DNA of 64,000 nucleotides from Bacteroidota bacterium (GCA_050015675.1 JBEKAY010000012.1:6952-70951), one strand, 5' to 3'. Shown: positions 50,707-59,660, numbered from the stretch's first letter. Notes: generated by a model from the sequence alone, not told the origin. Numbers and translations are program-made.

Positions 50707-50887
50707 GTCATTCCCTCGAAAGAGGGAATCTTATTATGGGTAAAGTAAGATACTTGCTTACCCTTCGACAGGACTTCGGCAAGCTCAGTCGAACGCTCAT
50801 GGCAAGCGCGGGCATGACAATATAAAAGCAAAAAAAGAGATAAAGATAGTGGAGCCCGCCTACGTTGAAAAGCAAACTACAGCGGGT
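50707..50887. repeat. Cluster of REP-like palindromic elements
   Basis: GTCATTCCCTCGAAAGAGGGAATC, CCCTTCGACAG..GCTCA, GACTTCGGCAAGCTCAGTC, GCGCGGGCATGAC and CCCGCCTACG..GCGGG. Confidence 0.6.
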
Positions 50888-50957
50888 AAATGAATAGAAA
50901 AAGTTGTAATCTTCATTGAACCAGTTATCAATACTTACACAACAAGGAGGAATTACA

Positions 50958-51365
50958 ATGAAACCAATGCCATGGAAAGAACAATATTCTGTCGGTGTGA
51001 AAGAGATTGATCGCCAACACCGCGGTTTACTTGACATCATTAATCAAATCATCAACTCCATCGAAAAGAAAGATAAGTGGCAATCAACATCTGCCATTAT
51101 TGATTCTCTTATTAATTATGCTTACAACCATTTTGCCACCGAGGAGCGATATATGATAGAAGCTGAATATCCGGAATTATCTTGGCACGTTGGATTGCAT
51201 CTTGCTTTTATAAGAAAAGTATTTTTAATGTCTGAAGAATATAAACAAAAGGGGCTGGCAATGCAGAAGGAAATACTTACGTATCTTGCAAGCTGGTATT
51301 CTTCTCATGTTCTTGAAGTTGATAGAAAATATATGTCGTATATGGATAAAAAAGGGATAAAGTGA
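50958..51365 (+). CDS. Bacteriohemerythrin
   Basis: W..YSVGVKEIDRQH, HFATEE, H..LH, W..SHVLEVD; AAGGAGG RBS. Confidence 0.93.
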   Translation: MKPMPWKEQYSVGVKEIDRQHRGLLDIINQIINSIEKKDKWQSTSAIIDSLINYAYNHFATEERYMIEAEYPELSWHVGLHLAFIRKVFLMSEEYKQKGLAMQKEILTYLASWYSSHVLEVDRKYMSYMDKKGIK

Positions 51366-51446
51366 GACGGAAGAAGAGATAAATATTGTGGAGGGGAAAT
51401 CCTCATAGGGACGTATAGAGCTATGCGTCCTTACAAAAGCAAAAAC
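51366..51446 (+). repeat. Direct repeat copy 2
   Basis: GACGGAAGAAGAGATAAATATTGTGGAGGGGAAATCCTC-ATAGGGACGTATAGAGCTATGCGTCCTTAC-AAAAGCAAAAAC, starting immediately after the hemerythrin stop. Confidence 0.9.
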
Positions 51447-51451
51447 CTAAT

Positions 51452-51481
51452 AAAAAAGCCGATTCAGAAGAATCGGCTTTT
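51452..51481. terminator. Bidirectional terminator downstream of the tRNA-Ser genes
   Basis: AAAAAAGCCGATTC-agaa-GAATCGGCTTTT. Confidence 0.85.
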
Positions 51482-51491
51482 GTGTCTTTTG

Positions 51492-51578
51492 CGGAGAGAG
51501 TGGGATTCGAACCCACGGTACCCTTACGGATACACTACCTTTCCAGGGTAGCCAATTCAACCACTCTTGCATCTCTCC
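51492..51578 (-). tRNA. tRNA-Ser (GGA)
   Basis: Minus strand GGAGAGA...CTACC-CTGGAAA-GGTAG, long variable arm, GGTTCGAATCC...TCTCTCCG. Confidence 0.96.
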
Positions 51579-51633
51579 GGTTCATTAAATATCCTAATCT
51601 ATTATCTCATTTCCAAATAATAGCTTGAACAAG

Positions 51634-51720
51634 CGGAGAGGGAGGGATTCGAACCCTCGATAACCTTGCGGCTATTCCGGTTTTCGAGACCGGTCGATTC
51701 AACCACTCTCGCACCTCTCC
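51634..51720 (-). tRNA. tRNA-Ser (CGA)
   Basis: Minus strand GGAGAGG...CCGGT-CTCGAAA-ACCGG, long variable arm, GGTTCGAATCC...CCTCTCCG. Confidence 0.96.
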
Positions 51721-51854
51721 GAGTTTGGTCTCTGCAACTCAAATATATAGAAAAAGCGTACGAATTCAAAAGATGTGCTAAGGACGAAACCTTTTACGCC
51801 GATAGTATGTTCTTATCTCTGAATTCACAATAAAAGAAATAGGAGGATATCAAA

Positions 51855-52319
51855 ATGTCTGTCAACGTTGGAAGTAAAGCGCCAGAATTCACTTTATTCG
51901 ACGCAGATAAGAAATCTCGTTCACTCTCTGAGTTTCTCGGAAAGAAAGTTGTTCTTGCTTTTTTCCCCGGTGCGTTTACAGGAGTATGCACGAAAGAACT
52001 TTGTACGTTCCGCGATGCGATGTCTAATTTCAACAATCTTAATGCACAGGTAGTTGGAATCAGTGTTGATGCGCCGTTTGCAAACAAAGCATTTGCGATG
52101 CAAAACAACCTACAATTTCCGTTGCTGAGTGATTACACGCGCGAAGTGAGCAAACAGTACGGCGGTGTGCATGAAGATTTTGCCGGGATGAAAGGATATA
52201 GCGCTTCGAAACGAGCAGTATTCATCATTGACACGAACGGCAGCGTGAAATATACATGGGTTTCAGAAAATCCCGGTGTGGAACCGGATTACAATGCAGT
52301 CACGCAAGCGCTCAAGTAA
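51855..52319 (+). CDS. Peroxiredoxin (BCP/PrxQ/AhpE-like)
   Basis: FFPGAFTGVCTKELC, FPLLSD, RAVFIID. Confidence 0.92.
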   Translation: MSVNVGSKAPEFTLFDADKKSRSLSEFLGKKVVLAFFPGAFTGVCTKELCTFRDAMSNFNNLNAQVVGISVDAPFANKAFAMQNNLQFPLLSDYTREVSKQYGGVHEDFAGMKGYSASKRAVFIIDTNGSVKYTWVSENPGVEPDYNAVTQALK

Positions 52320-52382
52320 AAAATTTAAAAATCCCTTTTGAATTTCAATTAGATTATCGCTATTCTGTACGTAGGAAAAGTT

Positions 52383-52835
52383 ATGCTCAAGATTGGTCAA
52401 AAGGCACCTGATTTCAAACTTGCATCCAGCGATGGTAAAATTCTGAATTTGAAAGACTTTGCCGGCAAGAAGATCGTTCTCTATTTCTATCCAAAAGATA
52501 ACACTTCCGGTTGTACGAAGGAGGCATGTTCGTTCGAGAGCAATCGTACAGCAATTAAGAAAAAAGGTACTGTGATCATTGGCGTCAGCGCGGATAGTGT
52601 CGGCTCGCATATGAAGTTTGCTGAGAAGTACGGATTAAGCTTTCCATTGCTCAGTGATGAGAAAAAAGAAGTTCTCAAATCGTACGGTGTGTGGAAAGAA
52701 AAATCGATGTACGGCAAAAAATATTTTGGCATCGAACGTACAACCGTAGTCATTGATGAAATGGGAATTGTTCGGCAGATCTTCAATAAGGTGAAGGTCG
52801 GCGGCCATACCGATGAAGTGCTAGCAGTACTATGA
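52383..52835 (+). CDS. bcp: Thioredoxin-dependent thiol peroxidase BCP
   Basis: YFYPKDNTSGCTKEAC, KSMYGKKY, RTTVVID. Confidence 0.95.
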   Translation: MLKIGQKAPDFKLASSDGKILNLKDFAGKKIVLYFYPKDNTSGCTKEACSFESNRTAIKKKGTVIIGVSADSVGSHMKFAEKYGLSFPLLSDEKKEVLKSYGVWKEKSMYGKKYFGIERTTVVIDEMGIVRQIFNKVKVGGHTDEVLAVL

Positions 52836-52852
52836 GCGGAGGATGATGACGT

Positions 52853-53269
52853 ATGGCAAAAGTGTACCTCACGCGAAGAGAAGTCTTTAGCGCATCGCAT
52901 CGACTTTGGAATCAGGAATTGTCTGATGACCAGAATATCGCATTGTATGACAAGTGCGCAAATTCGAATGGCCATGGGCATAATTTTATTCTCGAAGTAA
53001 CGGTTGCTGGAGAAGTAAAAGGAGAGAGCGGATTTGCTGTTGATTTTAAAAAGCTTAAACATCTTTTACGAACAGAGATCATTGAAAAGGTTGATCATAA
53101 ACATTTAAACTGCGATGTCGATTTTTTAAACGGTATAATCCCAACTGCGGAGAACATCGTTCGTGCTTTTTGGCGCGTATTGGAATCGAAGATCGGTCAG
53201 GCAAAACTGTATTCCATCCGCCTGCACGAAACAGAAAATAATATGGTAGAATATCGAGGTGAAGAATGA
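52853..53269 (+). CDS. 6-pyruvoyl-tetrahydropterin synthase family protein (PTPS-II motif)
   Basis: [17 protein letters not shown] (Cx5HGH), DHKHLN, PTAEN, ETENN. Confidence 0.9.
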   Translation: MAKVYLTRREVFSASHRLWNQELSDDQNIALYDKCANSNGHGHNFILEVTVAGEVKGESGFAVDFKKLKHLLRTEIIEKVDHKHLNCDVDFLNGIIPTAENIVRAFWRVLESKIGQAKLYSIRLHETENNMVEYRGEE

Positions 53270-53838
53270 CGATAGGACAGAGCGGTCGAAAAGAAACGCT
53301 CATCAAAGATTTTCTTGTTGAACTCGGTGAGGATCCTGAGCGCGAAGGCTTAATGAAAACTCCGGAACGAGTCGCAAGGATGTACGAATTTTTAATGAAA
53401 GGATATCGGCAAAACATTGACGAAGTCATGAACGGCGCTGTGTTTGAAGAAAAATACAGCGAGATGGTCATCGTAAAGGACATTGATTTCTTCTCGATGT
53501 GCGAACATCACCTCATTCCTTTTTTTGGAAAGTGTCATATCGCATACATTCCCAATGGCAGCATTGTTGGCCTGAGCAAAATGCCACGGATTGTTGAAGT
53601 GTTTGCGCGGCGTCTCCAAGTTCAAGAGAGGATGACGCAACAAATTGCCGATACACTGTATCAGTATCTTAAACCTATGGGTGTTGCTGTAGTGATGGAG
53701 GCGCAGCATTTATGTATGATTATGCGTGGTGTCGAGAAGCTCAATTCTATTGCGACTACAAGCGCAATGGTTGGTGCATTCCGCAATGATGTAAAGACAC
53801 GAAGTGAATTTCTCACACTCATCAACAGGAACTCATAA
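53266..53838 (+). CDS. folE: GTP cyclohydrolase I
   Basis: TPERVA, SMCEHH, GLSK, RLQVQER, HLCM..RGV. Confidence 0.98.
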   Translation: MTIGQSGRKETLIKDFLVELGEDPEREGLMKTPERVARMYEFLMKGYRQNIDEVMNGAVFEEKYSEMVIVKDIDFFSMCEHHLIPFFGKCHIAYIPNGSIVGLSKMPRIVEVFARRLQVQERMTQQIADTLYQYLKPMGVAVVMEAQHLCMIMRGVEKLNSIATTSAMVGAFRNDVKTRSEFLTLINRNS

Positions 53839-54001
53839 AATCAATGGAGGCAAAATAATTCTTTGCTGCTACGTTGCAGTTTCGACCTGCTGTAATGTGT
53901 AACAGGGTTTTTGAACAATTCCTCAGCAGGAATCTATTGATTCCTGCATGCCCCGTCACTGCATCTTGATACACAGGTCACCATTTAATATATTGATAGC
54001 A

Positions 54002-56548
54002 ATGAAGAATTTTATAATCCGCATCCGATTGTCCCTGACCGTTTTTTTCTTCGTAACGGCATTTTTCCTCAATGGCTGTTCTGTTTTTTCTTCTATAGGC
54101 AACACTATTTCACTGGGGTACGAAAATATGGTTTCGTACTTCAATGGATATTATAATGCAAGAAATTTGTTCAACGATGCAGAAGATGAAATCAAAACAG
54201 CGGCACTCTTAGCACGGGGAAAAGCAGACTCATCCGGACAAGCTAACCAGATTCCAGGAACAGCAAAACAAAAGCTTGGACAGGTAATTGATAAGTGTTC
54301 CAATATTCTCGCGTTCCATCCTTCCAGCAGCTTAGTGGATAATTCTCTTCTCCTTATTGGAAAATCTTTTTTCTATCAGATGGAATATCTTAAGGCAGAA
54401 CGAAAGTTTGCTGAATTGTTATCACAATTTCCAAACAGTTCGTTGGCATTAGAGGCGCAGCTTTGGTACGCGCGAACGGAAGAGAAATTGGGGAAATTGG
54501 ATGATGGTATTCGTTTGAGTGATGCTACTGTGCTGGCGGCACAAACAAGCCATGAAAATGAAATCGAAACTCAAGCCCACCAATTACTTGCTGTAATCTA
54601 TCACCGGATGAACCAAACGGATAAATCAATTGCTGAGTATGAAAGAGCAATCTCCATCTCAACTGATGATGTTGCAAAGGGTAATGCGCAGATGAATCTT
54701 GGAGATATTTACTTTGCAGATGGTCAGTATAAAAAGGCGGCAGAGGTCTATCTCAAGACGGAGGATTATACTTCTGATATTTATTCAAACTATTACAGCA
54801 AGTTGCAGGCGTCAATCGCATATCGTAAAATTGGAGAGCAGAAAAAAGGATTGGCTCTGGTTAATGCAATGATTGACGATTTCCGTAATAAGGAATATTT
54901 GGCAGCAATACTCTTTGAACGAGCCAATAACTATGCCGCAAGCGGAAGGAGAGATGAAGCGATTGACGAGTATATTTTTGTGGATACTTCTTATGCTCAT
55001 ACCGAGTTCGCCGTACGTTCTGCCTATCAACTTGGAGTGATCTTCGAGAAGGAGCTTGGCCTCTACGGGCGAGCATTGAAATATTATACGGAAGTGAATA
55101 CGGCTACAGTACCTAGCATTGTAGCAGATGGCCGCCGAAAATTCACAGCACTCACCCGCTATTTTGATGCCCGGCGTCGATTGTATAATGCAGATAGTTT
55201 GCTATTTGTTCTTAGTGATACAACACACAAAATAATTCCGGACACGCTTAATACAATAGCTGCTGATTCAGCTCATCAAAAACCTGCACAGGTTAATACG
55301 CCCTTTGTAAATTCCAATATTGATTCCCTTAAGGCAAAGAATCTTGTTTTAGATACTGCACATCAAAAACCTGCACAGGTTAATACGCCCTTTGTAAATT
55401 CCAATATTGATTCCCTTAAAGCAAAGAATCTTGTTTTAGATACTACACATCAAAAACCTGCACAGGTTAATACGCCCTTTGTAAATTCCAATATTGATTC
55501 CCTTAAAGCGAAGAATCTTGTTTTAGATACTACACATCAAAAACCTGTTCAAGTTGCTGTAAAGCCCGCGCTCCCGAGTGCCGACTCGCTTCGTATACTC
55601 AAGTCTATTGCCGCACAGGAGCTGGGTGATATTTTTTATTCGGAAGTCGTGGAACCGGATTCGGCATTCTTTTGGTATAATCAATCTCTCTTATGGAATT
55701 ATAATCATTCCCAGAGTCCGCGTATTCTTTACATACTCTCAGAGCTTTCTAGAACTAATCCAGAAAAGAAATTTCCTGCTCCAGAAGAATACCATTCGCG
55801 ACTTGATCATGATTTTCCTGAGTCGATTTATGCAGAGGAAGCACGTCGGTTCCTTCGAAAAGCAAGCCCTGTAATGAAAACAGATTCTGCATCGGAATAC
55901 TATGCACAATCCGAGAAACAGGTTGATGCTAAACAATATGAAAAAGCAATTGGAACACTCCGTTTTATTATTCAGTCATTTCCAACATCACCATTTGCAG
56001 CTAAGAGTGAATATGCGATTGGATGGATCATGGAAAATAGTCTTGCACAACCGGATAGTGCGATAATACAATACAAACGGGTTATAAAGAATCACAAAGG
56101 CACAACGTATGCGCTTGCTGCGTCCAATAGAGCGTTAGAAATTCCTCGAACTGATACAATAAAAACAGATACTGTAAACAGGAAAAATAAAGCGCAGCTC
56201 CCAAAATCATCTAAACCTGATACTGTTCAAGTGAAAACAACGGGATTGATAAAGGATACTGTGAAACAGCGACCGATTCTTTCGCCAGATGAATTAAAGG
56301 GAAAACAGAGATTAAACCCTGCGGTGAACCGATCGTTAGAAGTGCAACAATCCGATACTTTAAAAACAGATACTGCGAACGCGAATATTAGACAGCAAAT
56401 CCAAAAATCGTTTAGTCCAGACAGTGTTCAAAGAAGTGCAACTGGATTGGAGAAGGATTCGGTGAAACAGCTGCCGATTTCTCCGCGAAGCGATATAGAG
56501 AATGGACAAGAGAAAAGAACTCCATCGAGACCGAAAATTCTCGACTAA
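54002..56548 (+). CDS. TPR lipoprotein (PorW/SprE-like T9SS-associated candidate)
   Basis: Lipobox LNGC; N-terminal YENMVSYFNGYYNA; multiple TPRs; repeat-rich low-complexity inserts. Confidence 0.8.
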   Translation: MKNFIIRIRLSLTVFFFVTAFFLNGCSVFSSIGNTISLGYENMVSYFNGYYNARNLFNDAEDEIKTAALLARGKADSSGQANQIPGTAKQKLGQVIDKCSNILAFHPSSSLVDNSLLLIGKSFFYQMEYLKAERKFAELLSQFPNSSLALEAQLWYARTEEKLGKLDDGIRLSDATVLAAQTSHENEIETQAHQLLAVIYHRMNQTDKSIAEYERAISISTDDVAKGNAQMNLGDIYFADGQYKKAAEVYLKTEDYTSDIYSNYYSKLQASIAYRKIGEQKKGLALVNAMIDDFRNKEYLAAILFERANNYAASGRRDEAIDEYIFVDTSYAHTEFAVRSAYQLGVIFEKELGLYGRALKYYTEVNTATVPSIVADGRRKFTALTRYFDARRRLYNADSLLFVLSDTTHKIIPDTLNTIAADSAHQKPAQVNTPFVNSNIDSLKAKNLVLDTAHQKPAQVNTPFVNSNIDSLKAKNLVLDTTHQKPAQVNTPFVNSNIDSLKAKNLVLDTTHQKPVQVAVKPALPSADSLRILKSIAAQELGDIFYSEVVEPDSAFFWYNQSLLWNYNHSQSPRILYILSELSRTNPEKKFPAPEEYHSRLDHDFPESIYAEEARRFLRKASPVMKTDSASEYYAQSEKQVDAKQYEKAIGTLRFIIQSFPTSPFAAKSEYAIGWIMENSLAQPDSAIIQYKRVIKNHKGTTYALAASNRALEIPRTDTIKTDTVNRKNKAQLPKSSKPDTVQVKTTGLIKDTVKQRPILSPDELKGKQRLNPAVNRSLEVQQSDTLKTDTANANIRQQIQKSFSPDSVQRSATGLEKDSVKQLPISPRSDIENGQEKRTPSRPKILD
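55274..55547 (+). repeat. Intragenic 87-bp tandem repeat (about 3.2 copies)
   Basis: Units start at 55274, 55361, 55448 and 55535 and encode HQKPAQVNTPFVNSNIDSLKAKNLVLDT(A/T). Confidence 0.97.
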
Positions 56549-56562
56549 AGAATAAAACTCCC

Positions 56563-57339
56563 ATGAGCCATATGATTCAACAATTATGCTCAGTACAATC
56601 TTGTCAAGAAGTTGCCAAGAACACTTTTCTTCTTCGGATTAAGTCGCCGGAAATTACCGCTTCAGCTCAACCGGGACAATTTGTCAACATACTTGCATCT
56701 GAAAATGGAGAAGGCCCGCTATTGCGAAGGCCATTTAGCATTTCTCGTATTGAGGATGATATCATCGAATTAATCTTCCACGCCATTGGGATTGGTACGA
56801 AACTTCTTTCTCGTAAACAACTTGGAGATTGGATCGATGTTATTGGTCCGCTTGGCCAGCCCTTTCATGTAAATGCCGAGCACGACAATGCACTGCTTGT
56901 CGCCGGCGGAATCGGCGTGGCTCCATTTCCTTTTCTCACAAACGATTTATTGAAACGAGGCAAACGTATTGAGACATTTGTAGGATACAGAAATGCAGCA
57001 CAGGTTTTTACGGAACATCTGCAAAATGTCCGGGTAGCGACGGATGATGGCAGCAATGGATTTCATGGAAATGTTGTTCAACTTCTTGAGTCATCTCTTG
57101 TTCAAAATAAGTATGGCAAAGTGAAAATATTTGCGTGTGGCCCTACGGTAATGTTGAAGGTGCTCACCGACCTTGCTCAACGCAAGAACATCTGCTGCGA
57201 AATGTCATTGGAAGGACAAATGGCTTGCGGCTACGGTATTTGTCAGGGCTGTGCAGTAGAACGCACCGAAGGGACAGCAATATACGCACTCGTATGCAAA
57301 GATGGACCGGCATTTCTTTCGACGGAAGTGAATTTATGA
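56563..57339 (+). CDS. pyrK: Dihydroorotate dehydrogenase electron-transfer subunit
   Basis: PGQFV, LRRPFSI, GGIGVAP, ACGP, MACGYGICQGC...VCKDGP. Confidence 0.95.
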   Translation: MSHMIQQLCSVQSCQEVAKNTFLLRIKSPEITASAQPGQFVNILASENGEGPLLRRPFSISRIEDDIIELIFHAIGIGTKLLSRKQLGDWIDVIGPLGQPFHVNAEHDNALLVAGGIGVAPFPFLTNDLLKRGKRIETFVGYRNAAQVFTEHLQNVRVATDDGSNGFHGNVVQLLESSLVQNKYGKVKIFACGPTVMLKVLTDLAQRKNICCEMSLEGQMACGYGICQGCAVERTEGTAIYALVCKDGPAFLSTEVNL

Positions 57340-58304
57340 CAGCTTCATCAACAGCAAGCGGAATAAAAACATCGTTCACTCTTCGCGGTGTGGAGTTCAA
57401 GAACCGCGTGTTTGTCGCCTCCGGCACATTTGGATATGGTGATGAAGTTTGCGATTTGGTGGATGTGAATCGGTTGGGCGGAATTTTTACGAAATCGCTT
57501 TCATGGAAACCGCGTCCAGGCAACCCTCCGCAGCGTATTGTTGAGACAGCAAGCGGCATGCTCAACTCAATCGGACTTGCTAACATCGGGGTTCAAACGT
57601 TTATCGAACAAAAACTTCCTTTTTTGCGCACACTCAATACTCGTATTATGGTGAACATTGCTGCAAGTTCGCTCAAAGAATTCTGCGATGTTCTGAGTTT
57701 GTTGGAAGGGCAAGATGGAATTGCCGGTTACGAAATTAATGTTTCATGCCCGAATGTGAAAGAAGGCGGAATGAGCTTCGGAACCGACTGTAAAATGACA
57801 GCAGAAATTACTTCGAATCTTCGCAAATTGACAAACAAACCGCTCGTCATCAAGTTGACGCCTAATGTAACACATATTTCAGAATTTGCACGTGCTGCAG
57901 AGTCAGCGGGCGCTGATGCTGTTTCTGTTATCAATACACTCATCGGAATGGCAGTAAATATTAAAACACGTAAACCAAAACTCTCCACCGTCACCGGTGG
58001 TCTCTCCGGACCAGCTATTAAACCGGTTGCACTGGCGAAAGTTTATGAAGTTGCTCAAGCAGTGAAAATTCCTATCTTTGGCATTGGGGGAATTGCCAGT
58101 ACCGAAGATGCAATCGAGTTTTTGCTCGTGGGCTCAACTGCAGTGCAAATCGGTACAATGAACTTTATCGATCCGGCAATTTCCGTAAAGATCGTAGACG
58201 GTTTGGACAAATATGCCCGTGAAAATAAAATCTCAGATATCAGCACGCTTATTGGTGCGCTCGATGCCGATGTAAAGTTTTCGGTTCTCCAGTCTTGGTT
58301 GTGA
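57336..58304 (+). CDS. pyrD: Dihydroorotate dehydrogenase (family 1B) catalytic subunit
   Basis: ASGTFG, MLNSIGL, INVSCPNV, KLTPNV, GGLSGPAIKP; ATGA overlap with pyrK. Confidence 0.96.
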   Translation: MTASSTASGIKTSFTLRGVEFKNRVFVASGTFGYGDEVCDLVDVNRLGGIFTKSLSWKPRPGNPPQRIVETASGMLNSIGLANIGVQTFIEQKLPFLRTLNTRIMVNIAASSLKEFCDVLSLLEGQDGIAGYEINVSCPNVKEGGMSFGTDCKMTAEITSNLRKLTNKPLVIKLTPNVTHISEFARAAESAGADAVSVINTLIGMAVNIKTRKPKLSTVTGGLSGPAIKPVALAKVYEVAQAVKIPIFGIGGIASTEDAIEFLLVGSTAVQIGTMNFIDPAISVKIVDGLDKYARENKISDISTLIGALDADVKFSVLQSWL

Positions 58305-58347
58305 TACATCAAAAATTCTCTTTGCTTGTTTTCCTCTTAAAAATACA

Positions 58348-59649
58348 TTGACGTACACGGAATCTATCAAATTTCTCTACGGCCTCCAGAAGTTCGGAAT
58401 GAAGTTCGGATTGCAAGGAATCCGTACGCTGCTTAAATTTCTTGATCATCCGGAAAACCAATTTCCTTCGATTCACGTCGCCGGTACGAATGGCAAAGGT
58501 TCTACCGCTTCAATGATAGCCGCAATATTTACGGCAGCCGGTTATAAAACGGGACTTTACACTTCACCGCATCTTGTCAGGTTTAATGAACGAATCCGCA
58601 TCAACGGTAACATGATTTCTTCGCGAGCTGTAGCTCGGCTCGCAACAGCAATATATCCAGAGGTAGAAAAAAATAACTTTACTTTTTTTGAAGCGGTGAC
58701 TGCGATGGCATTTAAATACTTTGCCGAATCAAAAGTAGATATCGCTATTGTGGAAACCGGTTTGGGCGGTAGATTAGATGCGACAAATATTCTTCAGCCG
58801 CTCGTCTCTGTTATTACAACGATCGGATTGGAACATACACAGATACTTGGTACAAGCATAGAAAAAATTGCTTTCGAAAAAGGCGGCATTATCAAGAAAA
58901 GAGTTCCCTGCGTCATAGGAGTGAAATCGCAGAAGGCGGTTCGAGTTTTAAGTACTATCTGCGCCAAAAAGAAATCGCGATTGGTTCGAGTTCATCCAAA
59001 TAAAATTCTTGTTCGTCAATCTTTGCTCGATGGATTGTTGATGGACTTCTGTACTGCTGAGAAAAAAATCACGAACGTGCGGGTATCGCTGGCAGGTAAG
59101 CATCAAGCAATGAACGCGCTTCTTGCCATTCATGCAGTTGAAATTGCTACCCAACGAAGTAATTTCATAGTACATGAAAAGGCAATTCGTGAAGGATTAG
59201 CGCATATCCAGCGGTTTTCGGGAATACAAGCACGCTTGTCGATTGTTCAGAGAAATCCTCTTGTCCTTGCCGATGTTGCGCATAACCCAGAAGCTGTGCG
59301 TGTTCTTTGTGCGTCGCTTAAGCGATTACGTCTTGGAAGAATTCATATTGTGTTTGGCCTGATGCAGGATAAGAATTATCTGACTATGATCTCAGCGCTT
59401 CGGCAGATTGCAAAAAGTGTTTTCGTAGTAGAAGCGCAAACAGAACGATCTCGATGCACCGCTGAATTGGCACAGGAAATTCGCCGCTTCGGATTGTCTG
59501 TGAAAGAATTTCAAAATGTTGCCGACGGCGTTTCAGCGGCTCTTAGGCAGCGCGATGGCGCAACAATACTTATAACGGGCTCTCACTTTGTGGTTGGCGA
59601 GGCGATTGCTTTCCTCAATAAGGAAAAATACTTGACAATAAACCAATAA
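58348..59649 (+). CDS. folC: Folylpolyglutamate synthase/dihydrofolate synthase
   Basis: HVAGTNGKGS, YTSPHL..FNERI, ETGLGGRLDATN, DVAHN. Confidence 0.96.
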   Translation: MTYTESIKFLYGLQKFGMKFGLQGIRTLLKFLDHPENQFPSIHVAGTNGKGSTASMIAAIFTAAGYKTGLYTSPHLVRFNERIRINGNMISSRAVARLATAIYPEVEKNNFTFFEAVTAMAFKYFAESKVDIAIVETGLGGRLDATNILQPLVSVITTIGLEHTQILGTSIEKIAFEKGGIIKKRVPCVIGVKSQKAVRVLSTICAKKKSRLVRVHPNKILVRQSLLDGLLMDFCTAEKKITNVRVSLAGKHQAMNALLAIHAVEIATQRSNFIVHEKAIREGLAHIQRFSGIQARLSIVQRNPLVLADVAHNPEAVRVLCASLKRLRLGRIHIVFGLMQDKNYLTMISALRQIAKSVFVVEAQTERSRCTAELAQEIRRFGLSVKEFQNVADGVSAALRQRDGATILITGSHFVVGEAIAFLNKEKYLTINQ

Positions 59650-59660
59650 TCGAGTACTAT
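59632..59660 (+). promoter_or_regulatory. rho promoter
   Basis: TTGACA-N17-TACTAT. Confidence 0.72.

Noticed and set aside
50568-51040. Minus-strand ORFs 50568..50831 and 50708..51040
   Set aside because: They are translations of the repeat mosaic and the hemerythrin antisense strand, with no coding signals.
51342-51353. ATGGATAAAAAA shared by the hemerythrin 3' end and the R-M remnant start (50349)
   Set aside because: A 12-bp A-rich match that is plausibly chance, so not treated as a target-site duplication.
50349-51720. Prophage or integrative element at tRNA-Ser
   Set aside because: No integrase, no duplicated tRNA 3' end (att) found, and no phage genes; only remnants and short repeats.
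53870-53966. Hammerhead ribozyme on the minus strand (CTGAGGA ... GAAA)
   Set aside because: Stem II does not close next to the core, and the cleavage-site and stem I geometry do not fit.
55274-55547. 87-bp repeats as a CRISPR array
   Set aside because: Head-to-tail with no unique spacers, in frame within a CDS, and no cas genes.
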